Below, piece by piece: positions 24,007 to 35,975 of a stretch of 64,000 nt of DNA. The DNA is taken from the NCBI GenBank assembly GCA_973895155.1, contig OZ316896.1:19146754-19210753 (forward strand). The letters run 5' to 3'. The notes beneath the pieces were generated by a model. The model ran no database searches. It saw only the letters and a program-made list of their open reading frames with translations, and was not told the origin of the DNA. This DNA is from Marsupella aquatica. Lineage: Eukaryota; Plantae; Marchantiophyta. Each line of letters starts with the position of its first letter. Position 1 is the first letter of the stretch. The translations under genes and the position numbers were made by a program.

Positions 24007-26363
24007 ATCTACTCTGCAGACCATGTGCTTTATATCACATTGTAGACCATGTACTCTATATGACATTTTAAATAGAAATCATTTTGACATTTCCATGACC
24101 CACAACCTCCCCTGGGCCCGTGCCTCGTTGTCCTGGGCACAGAGTTTGAGAGATTTTGATGCGCTTCAATGCCCATGCTATTCATCATTGCATGTTGTAT
24201 AATTATATTATATTTTCATTCATTATCTTCTGCAAAATTTATATAAAATGCTGCTCCCATGGACCTAGACAGAAACCATGGGATACACAATTTGAGAATA
24301 TTCCCTGTGACATTCTGAGTAAAATGCGATCCATAGCTGGTTTTGAGTGACTAATGTGTCACTAACTAAAATCATTTTGAGAGAAACGCGGAAAACCCAC
24401 GACTATTCTGAAAGAAATTCATGATCTTTTAGAAGCTAAACACTTGTGTACTGGAAAGATGACATATGAGGGTAAAAGTGAGGCCAGCATTTTGGAAGGC
24501 CATGAGCAATGAGGAGAGGGCACAAGTACCAAGTCACCCAAGACCATTTTATTTCTGCTTTAAGATGGTTCATAAAATATTCATCACAACTCTAAAGGGA
24601 ATGAATTATTATTTCTTCTGAAGATGAGTCTTTTTGAGCGAGAAACACTACAAGACAAGCTACTTTAATTTCTTTTTGGGGATAGTCACAACTTTAGTTA
24701 GCTTAAAGAAAATTGTTTTGTTGATTTATCCTAACAAGATAGTACTAAAAGCTTTGTAATACCATTTAAAGAAGGTTGCTTGAAGTTGTAGCAAGCTCAT
24801 AGTAAAGTCTTGCTTACATTGCATTGTGTGATATAATGCCCCCAAAAGTGATGGCTTCAATTTGAGTTTTGAGGGGCTATGATTGCCCATAATGCTCTGG
24901 TAACAGGACTTTAATTAAGCTTAAAGGCCTCAGACGTTTTCATTACTAATTTCTTTGATATAGAGGGAAATATTCTTTATGAGTTCATCCAAAACTTCAG
25001 TGTGCTTTATTTTTTAATAATGCCCTCGACAATCTACAATAGTACCCTGAAATTTTTCCTAAGGACAAATCACGAAGGACATTAAGTGGTTTCAATGGCC
25101 CTTTTTAGCCCTCGTGGAGTTGGAGGATAAGAAAGACACTAAGACAGTTTTGCTACTGGAGAAGCACTAACCGATTTGTATGATTATGTCCTAAGTGAAT
25201 ACGATGCTATTCTTGAAAGATGGTGAACAATCTTTCGGCAGTGGGAGTAGGTGATGGTACGTTGGAGACGTCCCTAGTACGGTGTAAAACGCTATGGTGG
25301 GGCCGCGTCTCTTGGGATGTTTCTGGTTTCCACTATCCCACCTACTTTTACAACTTACCATACTGTATTAAGAGTTTTCTGCTCATTACTGAACAAGAAG
25401 AACTCAATAAAAGAATCCTTTCTTTCCTCGCTACTTGTGGTCTTTCTCCACTATTTGTGGTAGGGCCCATAGGAGAGGTTGATGACAGCAATTACAGTGC
25501 TGGATATTGCACCGCCACTAGGGTTCCCTTTTGCATTTTGGCAAGATGACACTTATGGTAATTAGAAGTCTAAAGCAAAAGGTTTGTAGGTCACATTCTG
25601 ACCATTGGATTATGTACCATTGGCAGGACACTTTACTTGATAGTCAATGTGCAAAAATTGGCACAGAAATGAAACCCTAACAGGCAGTGTTGCTGTTACA
25701 GGACCTGCTTACACTCCTTCCAGTTGGCCCTCGATAAGTTTTACTCCCAAGGGTTCACATCAAACAGCCGCACCAGCAAGGATAGCAAGCCCTCAGAGGA
25801 AGCTCAATAAATGGCCCCGCAGACTGGTCCTGCTCACAGCCAGGCCCGGTAGCAGACCTGTGGGAGTGCTCTTTCAAATACAATAGAAGCCTGTTGATGG
25901 GGGTCTAAAAGTGCAGTTTGATAGGGCTACAAGTTTTGAAATTTATTTGATGAGGTGTTTTCTTTGCAATTGAGGTGAGAAGACATATTAAAAGAGATTT
26001 TCTTAAAAGAGCTATGAGAAGGTTGGACATGAAGGGTGCTGTGGAGTAAGTGAGGGAATTAGAGTGTTTGCGAGAAGAATGATGGGGGACAAAGTGCAGG
26101 GCATCTTGTTTGACGGCGCTTTGAGGGAGGGGTCCTTCTTGTTCACTAATAAGTCAAGTACATATAACACTGCCAAAAAACCGAAAAAATTGTCAAATAA
26201 AAGACAGGAGGGACAAAACAAAAGAATACTTCAAGAAGACCAAAGAGGTAACAAAGTCAAATAAGCATATATGTCAACGCCAAATAACAAACATCTCAAA
26301 CAGAGACATAGTGTGCAAAAGCAAGAGACCCTATCAAGGGAAGAAAACAAGGGAAAAACCCAC

Positions 26364-26609
26364 GTGCCCACAAACGTTCACTTAGCTTTGTAGGTGATCA
26401 AGACCGTGAGGGTATTCCACTTTGGGGTGGAGAGTGTGAAAAGTCTAGTGTGAGAACCAGGTTTGAACCGCCTACCTCCCACCCACAACTCGCTTACACT
26501 ACTATATCGCCTAGCACTCTTAAGTGCCAGAAGTGCCTTGGCCATCTTAGGGACAGATATCTTCTCCACTTGTGAGAGAAAATTGATGAGTTTCTTTAAA
26601 AATAAAAAT
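26364..26609 (+). mobile_element. SINE-like retroposed insertion, ~246 bp
   Basis: 10-bp direct repeat aaaaacccac at 26354-26363 and 26610-26619; A-rich tail aaaaataaaaataaaaa; B-box-like ggtttgaacc at 26460-26470. Confidence 0.6.
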
Positions 26610-27005
26610 AAAAACCCACAGAGACCATGATGGATTCAAACAAAAGGAGTGACACCAAGGAAATACAAACGGCCTTGAAGGAGAAAAAATGCAATTGGTA
26701 GGTACTGCAGTATGCCGTTTTACGAGGGGATCACAGACATATAAAAGCTAGAACAAAATCAAGTCAAAACAACGGTAATGGTATGATCTATGACACTGCA
26801 AAACTTCCTTTCTTCAGGGAAACAAGTCAATTAACACTTTCCTGGTCCACTTCCAGATGTTGTGAAATATTTCCTTATCTACAAAGAGACTGCCTTTTTC
26901 TTGCTGGCACAGACATCAACGAAGTCCCTACAGTGCACTCCAGGGTCCAGTCTAAGAGTTCCAAGAATCTTGCTATTCTTACGACAAGTCGAACCAACGT
27001 GCAGG

Positions 27006-30000
27006 TTAATCGTCATTGTCATCCTCTTCAGATTCTTCAAAATCTTCATCCATCTCATCATCATCATCATCCTCCTCCTCCTCCTCTGGACCTTGTTCTC
27101 CCTTTTTCGGTGTCTTTAAAACTACTGGCTGACCTTGAGATTCTGCAAGGTCTCGCATCAGCTTTGCTTGATCGGCTGCTTTTCGTTCTTCGTCCTTCCT
27201 CTGCTTGTCTTCGCGTTTGTTCACTAACTCCACTCTGCGCACAGAAAAGTTTTCCAAAAATCAACTTCAGAACATTCCAGGACTATGACTGCGGAATGTG
27301 ATCTATCTTATTCCGTCGTGGTAACTACCCTCGCACCTTTTGCAGAACGTGGACGAGTTGGCCTCTATCCCAGACAGTAATACGCAGACATTAGCCAATT
27401 GCTCCTACTCTGAAGAAAATCCCCTCTGCTGAACGCTGGATGATGTTCAGTAAACATGGAACTTTATGCCTCCATTTGTCATAGTGGTAATGCAGTGATC
27501 GCCAAATCCCATCAGAAAGAACTCTAAAAGGAAGGACGAGATACCTGTAATTCTCCATATAATCAATTGCGCAACCGTCAACAGCTGTAAAAAACTCGTC
27601 CATCCCAGCTCCAGTGATGGCAGAGACCCCGACACTGGACAAATTCTGGTAAAACTCATCCAAAACCAGGCAGAGACTTCTGCTTAAATTGGATGCATAC
27701 GATTTGTCATTCTCAATCGCTGCCTGAAACGCTTCAAAGTCCTCCATCCACTGCACAACCCAACGCGCATACAAACATTTAGGAGAACTCCCAAAGATCA
27801 CCTTACAAGTGCTTCAACATATTGGTTACTTTTCGACGTGGCTAATGATCACATGAAGAAACCCAAGTTGCATGCAGGCAAATCAAAATGGCAAAAAATA
27901 TGCAGACTTATGAATCTTCGTTGCATCCTTACATGTGCTAGTGAAAAGCTGGAACAACAACGCACATTAAGGATACAATATCAACCGACGCGTAGAAACG
28001 AATAAATATGGGACTCTAGGTAGCATCAGCAGCAGCATTTCCAGCCAAATCAGTATCACAATCATGGACTTCCTTTCAGCTGTATATGGAGTGTGTACAG
28101 GTTTTCCAGAATCTTCGCATCAATCAAGAACTGAGTAGACGTATTCATCAGAGTATATACTCAGATTTAATGCTTTCGGATATAAGCCAAGCCTTCTCTT
28201 ATTGCTTGACTAACTGACACCTCGTCGTAGAGTCTAGTTTGCTCTTTGATCTCTTGTGCTCTGAGGGAAACCCTACTGATACACAAGTGGCGAGCTGACT
28301 ACCGCAGAAATAAAACTGGAACTATGAGAAATGGGAGTTGATCGATTGATATCAGGAAACATAACATGCACCAGTATAATTAGCAGCCTCACTTCTTTCA
28401 TGTCAAATCTGTCTCGTACGAACCACAAGCGGACTTCGATGACGAGCAACACAAGGGTTGAGGAAAGAGTGGCATCATTGATTTCTAGAGACTTAACATT
28501 GTCACACGCTAACATTTTTCAGTTCAATAAGCAGCCTCACTTCTTTCATGTCAAATCTGTCTCGTCCGAACCACAAGCGGACTTCGATGACGAGCAACGC
28601 AAGGGTTGAGGAAAGAGTGGCATCATTCTAGAGACTTAGCATTGTCACACGCCAACATTTTTCTCTGACAAGAATTTCTCTAATCTGAACCACAAACGCA
28701 ATTACCTTAAGAGCGAAGCCATGATGAGCTACATCAATCTTGTTGAACGCCAGAAGTAGAGGAAGTCTTGTCTTGTATAGAATTCCACATGCGTAAAGCA
28801 TATTGCTCATGAATGTAATTGGACTGGAAGAGCGCGGTGTGTCCACAACATATGTCACCACTGTTGGGAAGGTTGAGGCGAAGGATTCAGTTACGATGGC
28901 TCCAGAAGCAGACCAAGTAAATATTTCAATCTGTCCAGGGGTGTCCACGAGAACATAGTCTAATAGATTGGCTCTTTTCTCCACGAGCTCTACCACCTGA
29001 TAACCAGAAGATGATAGGCTCAGAAAGATAAAGGGCTGACAGGAATTGAAGTCTATGAACTGGTAGTCAAGCAGAGTACTGCTCTAGCTGTTCTCCACGA
29101 AAATCACCTAACTAAACTTGTGACAAAAAGCGACCCTGCGAAAGTGAGTAGTGAAAACATACGGAGTCAGACATTCTTAAAGGAAAACGAGTAAAAAAAC
29201 GAGCTCATGGTGAAATAAATCCGGCAACTAGCACAAGGAACCGAAAATACGATCAGCTAGACGACCAAAACAGACTCTGGAAAACCACAGCTAGAAGACG
29301 GTCACTACGGAAGCAACGGAACAAAATGAGAGCTAACGCAAAGTGGTTCAACAGCCATAAGGATACGAACCTCGGAAAACTGTGTAACAAACAGATTCAG
29401 AGAAGTGAGAATGCCTCCATTGGGCCCCAAATTGTACTCCTTCATTACGTTCTTGTAATTGACAGTGTCCCGGATATCGATGTTCGCAGTAAAAGGCAGA
29501 TTCGTCACCGCAGGGTCCAGATTCAGCACATAGCCTCGCTTGCCACTAGACTGGCAATGCGCCACCAGCCGGTGCATCAGTGTTGTTTTTCCACTCCCTG
29601 TGGAGAAGACCAGGAGACGAGAATCAAATTTCTTGAGTACAATAACAAGTCGTCTTGGTGAGCTTCTTTTTGAAGCAAGAAAATGGATTCATCCCGCTAA
29701 CGTTCTTGAAACCGAAAGCCTTAACCCTAAACCAGAGTAGAATTTGCACAGTTCTTTAGAGCTTCAACAAGACCTAGAGCTCTATTGTCCGTTAACCCAT
29801 AACAAACCCAAGAGCTGAAGACGCATAGTCCCTTACGCACACCCTGGACGCAGAGCTCAATTCGCATCATTGTTTGCAGACCCTAAACCCTAAGTTAATG
29901 CTCCCCAGTCCTTCGTCCATACCCTAAACCGGAAGCCAAAGCTGCAAGGTAGGCCCGCACAATAGACAGACCTAGATTTGTGTAGTCAACCGCTCACAAC

Positions 30001-30530
30001 CTCATGCCAGAGGATTTGAGAGGTCATTTGCACATACTCCTAACCAGAGCGCAAATTCATAGTCCTTTGCCCATACCCTCCAGGCATAGCTGCATTTGCA
30101 CTATTATACTGTGCACATTCCCCAAACCCGAGCTAAAGAACGAAAAGCTCTCAGCCATTTATTTAATGCAAAGGGTATTGCAAAGAAGGTGATGGAAACC
30201 AGTTCCGTTGAGTACTGGGAATGATACCCACAGGAGTCGCACAGGCGCAAAGAACGTGGCACTCTCGAGAAAGGAGAAACAGCGAAACTGACGTTGAGCT
30301 TGCTTGTACCAGAAAGAATACCACCTACCGGCCATGCCAATCACGATGATGATGACTGGTTTTTTGGGCATGCCACTGGCCCGAACTGAGCTAGAAGACG
30401 ATGGCTCCTCCCCGTCCCGTGCGATGCTCAATTTCGCAAAGTCAGCCTTAGAATTAGCACCATCCTCTTCCTCCGACTCCAGCTCCAGCTCGGAATCTCG
30501 CACCGCCTCCTCATCGGACGCCTCACTCAT
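27006..30530 (-). CDS. GPN1: GPN-loop GTPase 1 (GPN1/Npa3/XAB1, Arabidopsis QQT2 orthologue), 384 aa, 5 exons
   Basis: Exons 30530-30329, 29597-29371, 28996-28706, 27750-27545 and 27234-27006 join in frame (1155 nt); P-loop GMAGSGKTT, NLDPA, signature [41 protein letters not shown]; acidic C-terminus. Confidence 0.96.
28383..28663. repeat. Tandem duplication (148-bp period) in GPN1 intron 3
   Basis: gcagcctcacttctttcatgtcaaatctgtctcgt...cattgtcacacgc.aacattttt starts at 28383 and at 28531. Confidence 0.92.
29722..29930. promoter_or_regulatory. Cluster of telo-box-like (AAACCCTA/CCCTAAA) motifs in GPN1 intron 1
   Basis: taaccctaaacc (29722), ccctaaaccctaa (29881), accctaaacc (29921); function not testable from sequence. 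Confidence 0.3.
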
Positions 30531-31356
30531 TCTCGAAAATTGTCTCACTCCAACCCGACTCCGCAAATCCACTTGACGATCACTCCAGACCGAAATGTGG
30601 AACGATTAGAGAAAGTAAATCAACGAGCAAGCTGACGATCACGTTTCATCCACTGCGGAATGTTAGAAAGAACCGCGGAAAGCGCTCACGGAAGAGATAT
30701 CGTCGGATCTCTCAATCTTTGAAGACTAGCAGAATCACCAAAGAGCGACGCAAAACGCTCTCCAGAAAGGAGATGGAACCCACCGCAGAAGAATTATTTG
30801 CAGCTCACAGGGGACGGGAGAAAGAACCACGAAATAGCTGAGAAGCTAGATTACAATTTGGAAATGAAAGCTTCTGGTGACATTTCGACGAAGGGCGATA
30901 TGAGGACGCGGAAGAGAGAATTCAGAAACGCGGTAGAGAGAATTCAGAAAAGCAACGTCCCATGTCAGTTTCTGCGTCGCGCGGATGGGTCTAGAAAATG
31001 CCGACCGGAGAGTTCCGGCAAGAGTAGAGTGTATCAGGTGTGCCCCCGGTCTGGTGAAGCGCAGCTGTGACGAGTACATTTCACTTTCCCGGCAACGGAG
31101 GCTTGGCCCCGGTCTTCCGAAGGGCAGAAGTCACGCAGAGTCATTGACTCATGTGACTGCGTCTGACACTGTCAAATCCCTTATTCGCACTATTTCCAAA
31201 GAGGGAGTCAAAGCACGGCGCCAGGGCCGACTCAAAACTTTGTGGGCAACCTGGCAACCTAAATATACATTTTCTTTAGTAGCCATAGTATATATCACAC
31301 TGCACAAAGGCAGAAAACGAACCGGGAGACGAGTTATTCTATAATGCGAGCAAACG

Positions 31357-31410
31357 GGAGTTTTGTTAGCGAGAGGAGTTTTGTTAGCGAGGGGAGTATT
31401 GTTAGCGAGA
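31357..31410. repeat. 18-bp tandem repeat x3
   Basis: ggagt(t/a)ttgttagcgag(a/g) three times. Confidence 0.9.
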
Positions 31411-31717
31411 CCCTTGTGATTTTAAATTTATTTTGCTTTTTGCTGTCTTTTCTATTGTTTGTGTGTTTTTTATGACTCCAGATGGCTAGCGAGATCGCTA
31501 GCCAAAAGAGGAGTCCCCAAAATAGATGTTATCAAGCAGTTTATTGTTAGTGAGGCAATTGCATATAGAAAAATTAGGGGTCATGTGAGGAAACTTTTTG
31601 CTCATGCGAGGAAAATTTCTACTGTTTCCTCAAACAGTAGAAATGATCGCAAAGACAAAGCACCCCAATGAAGGGGAGGAAAAGAGGGGAAACGGCCCTT
31701 CTTTTCTTGATTAGTCA

Positions 31718-32700
31718 CAAGCTCAATACCCTTGCCTTGCACAAAAGATGTCATGACGCCCAAGATGTCATTAAGAGATAAAATGTCATGTCACCCACGA
31801 TGTCATTAAGAAAAAAGATATCATGTCACGATGTGGTTGAGACAAAAGATGTCACTATGCCCGAGATATCATTAAGAAAAAAGATGCATGTGTTAAATAT
31901 AAAATTATTATTAAGTACAAAATGATCCATAAGTAAAGTGATATTGTTAGTCATATATGTTGTCAAGTCTCTGTTGCACAAAACATGTTTGCATAAATAC
32001 ATCGTTGCATTTACAATATTGTCAAATAAAAGATATTGTTAAGTAAAATATGTGGTTGCTCGAATGATGTCATTGCGCAAAAGATATAGTTTACTAAAAG
32101 ATATTGTTCGGTGAAAGATGTCAATGCATCATAGATGACGTTGTACTAAAGATGTAGTTGAAAACGATCATGGTGCAAAATATATCTTTGTTAGAAAGAT
32201 CTTATTGTGTAAAAAACAATTGTCGATTGAAAGATGTCATGACACAAATAGAGGCGACAACCACCACCAAAGTACAACAAAATGAGAATAATTTCTTTAA
32301 TTGTTTTTGTAATTTATATCTTTTAAAGCCTTCCTTCTTTTTCACTTTTTTTTCTTGTCTTTGTCTTTGTCTCATTGATTAAATTGTGCACTATTTTTTG
32401 ATTATGTAAAATATATGTCATTAAACTCCTCTCATGATAGGATGCAGCACTTCCTTTGCATGGATGATAAGGCATGGGGCATAGTATGGCATGGATGGTA
32501 GAGGGAGGAGGATGGGGTAGCATGGATGGTAAAGGGAAGACTTTGTACTTTTCTTGTTTGGAAAAGAGTGTTCACACAAAACATAATTATTTTCTCTTAT
32601 TCCTTTCTCTTTTACAGTTCCCTTTTTTCAATTAAAAAGCCTCTCCAAATTTGAATGACGACCACTTCAAAAAGTGGCGCAACTCTGTATTATAGGAGTT
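31718..32700 (-). mobile_element. Degenerate non-autonomous Helitron, same family as 3541-5029, inverted
   Basis: Minus strand ends catcttttgtgcaaggcaagggtattgagCTTG|T (compare ttttgtgcaacgcacgggtattgagCTAG|T); shares ctcattttgtt.tacttt.gtggt and ttgcgcca...agtggtcg.cattcaaat blocks and the aagatgtc-type repeats. Confidence 0.7.
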
Positions 32701-35254
32701 AATAGTGGCTAAGGTAAGTGTGTAAAGAAAAGATGTTAACAATATTCTTTACATTAAATTGGGCTATTTAGATGTCACTAGATTTAAGGGTGACCATTAG
32801 ATTCTTGCTAGTAGGCCTGTGCATAGTTGGGAAACTGTGTAATAGGGAGTCTCGAAGAAGGGCCATAAGGGAAAAGGTATCATGGGACACCATTTGTGCC
32901 CATAAAACACCTTATGACCAGACTTTGCAGGCCATTGGTGACAGGGGGTATGCATTGACCCATGCCATAAGGGGTGAGTTATGTTGAACTATGACGTCTT
33001 CCTTCATGACGATACAACCATGACTCATACCATGCTCACGTAGTTGACACAATCCATACGTGGTTCACCTCTTCTCCAAGGCTACGTCCACACGAACATA
33101 ACAACTTTACTTCAAGAGTCGTCGAACACACAAGCTCTCTCTCTCTTCCTCAAGTTCCTCCGTTACAATGAGCAAGCACTACATACCAGTGGCTTACACT
33201 AGCCCTGGTATATGCAAGGTCACACACAACTAACCTAACCTCAGCTAAGTCCCTAACCGAGGTTAACCTAATTGCCGTAACCTTTGAGTCACAAGACTAA
33301 GAGCAATCCTTAACAAGTTATGGGTACTTCCACTCAGAGTAATTGCTTTTGGCCCGTCCCCGTCGGACAAGCCCAAGCCTGTTACCTTGACGAGCAATCA
33401 CGATAGAATTTTAATAATACACAATGATTGGCATGTCAATAGTTTCCCTGGATGACGCGATGTTGTGGGGACTTTATGTTGTGATCACACAAATTCAACT
33501 TAGTCTAAGAGTTAAAGTTACGGGTTTGGGTCAGCGGTTGCGGCACTTTCTTGTGGAAGCCAATTTTGGCCTCCCGCTACTTTTCTAATCGTTCCCATAA
33601 CTTAGTCCTTCCGGCCACCTCGTAACTAGTTACGGCCATGCTTTGAGATGTCCTAATGAAACATAGAAAAACTATCAGATTTTTGCCATATTTTGGGCAG
33701 GTGTATCTAGCAGAAATTTGCCACCAAAACAATTGCTGCCTAGTAGTGCAGTAAGTGAGGCACCCGGACAAAACCTTATCGGGGCCCTGAGTGAGGCACT
33801 GGACAAAAGCTTTATTGGCAACCTATGCATGCCCACTTTGAATCAATTCCCCAAAAGGTAGGCGTAAGACTTTGCTTGTGCAAGTGTTTTAACAGGCAAT
33901 CTTTGCCAAATTTTATTTTTATTTGTTTTGCCCTTCCATTAATGATCAGACTAATATTAAGCCCAAATGGACAGAGGGGTTTGTTCTGCCCATCCCATGG
34001 AGCGCCTAAAGTCATCACCCTATCTACACCTAGGAAAAAAGGTGTCCTGCTGGTGGAAAGACACTTCACCGTTGCTAGGGACTCAAATACATTTTTTCAG
34101 GCACAACTACGTTTTTGGTAAAGTTGTGCATTTATGGATAAATCTTGTTTATTTTTGTTCAATCTTAAAGTTTTCAATATGTTCTTTGATGTCCATTCTA
34201 TTACAATTCTTTATGTTTACAATTTTTGAGACAGTTTGCTCCATTCATGACAAATGCAAAAATGGTAAAATTTATACCAGACTCTTTGCTTTTCAGAAGG
34301 ATATATGCTGTGAGTAGTTTGGACATGAGGGACAAATGAACACTTTTGGGAGCATGCCTTAGTTTTGTGAAGGGCAAGTTTGGACATGGGGAGTGACTTA
34401 CCATTGGGTGAAGTAATTAAAACTGGCTGCAATTTTTAAGAATCTACTTAAAGGTGATATCAGTCAGAACCATAAAAGATACTACTGTAGTGTATCTAAC
34501 ATAGATGTTATGTGCCAGTCCATCTAAGTTTCACAGAAAAACTCTAGGTCCATCTGGGTTTTATTTGGCTGATAGACCTACCCACCTTTTTGTGCCCAAA
34601 GTTTGCAAAACTGTCTTTAAAACAAAGCTATCCACAAACTGGCTTAATTAGGCCGACGCATGGCTTTTTTGTGACAAAAAGTGCATGAAATGAAGAAAAC
34701 TTTCTTGGCAATCAATTCCACGCAAATTTGTTTTTTCAAACAAGCAGCAACATAAGAAAGTGATCAGTTTATGAATAAGTGTAATTGCTTTGAGACTTTG
34801 TCCAATGCCCACTAAAATTCCCCAACCAAAATGTTTTCTCATTTATTTGTCTTTGATGCAAGCTCCTTTGGGAAAGTGACCACGACTTGGCTACTATTTC
34901 AACATGATTTGGCAAAGCGGGCGAGATAGCCCCCACATACCTCAAGACCCAAAGGCACCCCAGACCAGGTAAGCTCAGGAGCATGTAGTCATCTTCAAGA
35001 GCTTTCCAACCCATCCAAGAAGTTCTCCAACAGACTTACTGTTTGTCGTGACACATAGAGTCGGTAGCATAAGATATCGAGACATGTATCATATGCATCC
35101 AAGTAACACAACAAAATAGAAAACCAGAAAGATGATACATGGTTGTCCATTAACACCAAGATGAAGAAATGTTGGGGCATGAAAGTAAACCCCTGTACCC
35201 CCCAGACTTGAGCATGGAAATGGTCAACGAGCTGAGGATATATGAGCTTGGTGA

Positions 35255-35747
35255 AGGAGAACAAGAAGGACAGAACCATAGCCCTTCCGGAACTTGTGGA
35301 AGCTCAGGTCGCAAACAAAAGAGATGGTAAGTAACCACCGTTGCAATGGTCACACAACAACATCTGGTCAGCATCATCAATCCTGTGACACACCTTATAG
35401 GGATAATCCACCGGAGGATCCAAGTAGAAGTCACAATGGTAGGGTCCAAGTTAGGCAAGTGACAAGGGGCACAATTCTCAGCATGATCTTTGAGGGTACG
35501 GCCATCTGCTCCCTGTAACTCCAACACACATGAAGGATAGATGCACTTAACCCTGAGAATAATGCGACTGGTGGAGGTATCCAATGTGTCACTAGGCTGG
35601 CGCTGAAGGTAAACAAAATCACCCACATCAAACTGCCTCACCTTGGGCCTGAAGCTCCCTCCCCGTGTGTGCGCATATCTGAGTGTATCACGATGTTGGG
35701 CAATTGCTAGGTTGTCCATAGCCATAGGCATGACTCTACGAAACAAG
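35255..35747 (-). pseudogene. Gypsy integrase C-terminal region plus C-terminal PHD finger (frameshifted)
   Basis: LFRRVMPMAMDNLAIAQHRDTLRY..FDVGDFVYL.., then DYP(Y)[44 protein letters not shown] (C4HC3 PHD; first Cys reads TAT; a 4-bp duplication at 35327-35334 shifts the frame). Confidence 0.85.
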
Positions 35748-35975
35748 CACTAGAAGAAACCGAGCCATTCTGAGACCCAGCCTTACATGACTTGTGTGAG
35801 ACCTTTGAAAATAAGTGACTCCAAGGTTTAGGGTGTCATCTTTGTTACATCTTCTTGACTCACTTTTGGTGAAGTTCTGGGAAGTCATGTATTTAACTAT
35901 TGGGAAAGTTGCTTCTGTAACTGAGTTAAGGCAAGTATATTGAAGTTATATAAGTGACCATGACTTACATGATTT
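35748..35975. repeat. CACTA left TIR and subterminal repeats (core GTGACT/AGTCAT)
   Basis: catgacttg, aagtgactcc, ttgactcac, aagtcatg, aagtgaccatgacttac. Confidence 0.75.

Noticed and set aside
32837-33390. LTR-looking segment considered as the 3' LTR of the Gypsy-DNMT element
   Set aside because: No clean TG..CA pair, no TSD, no adjacent polypurine tract, and no second copy in the window to compare
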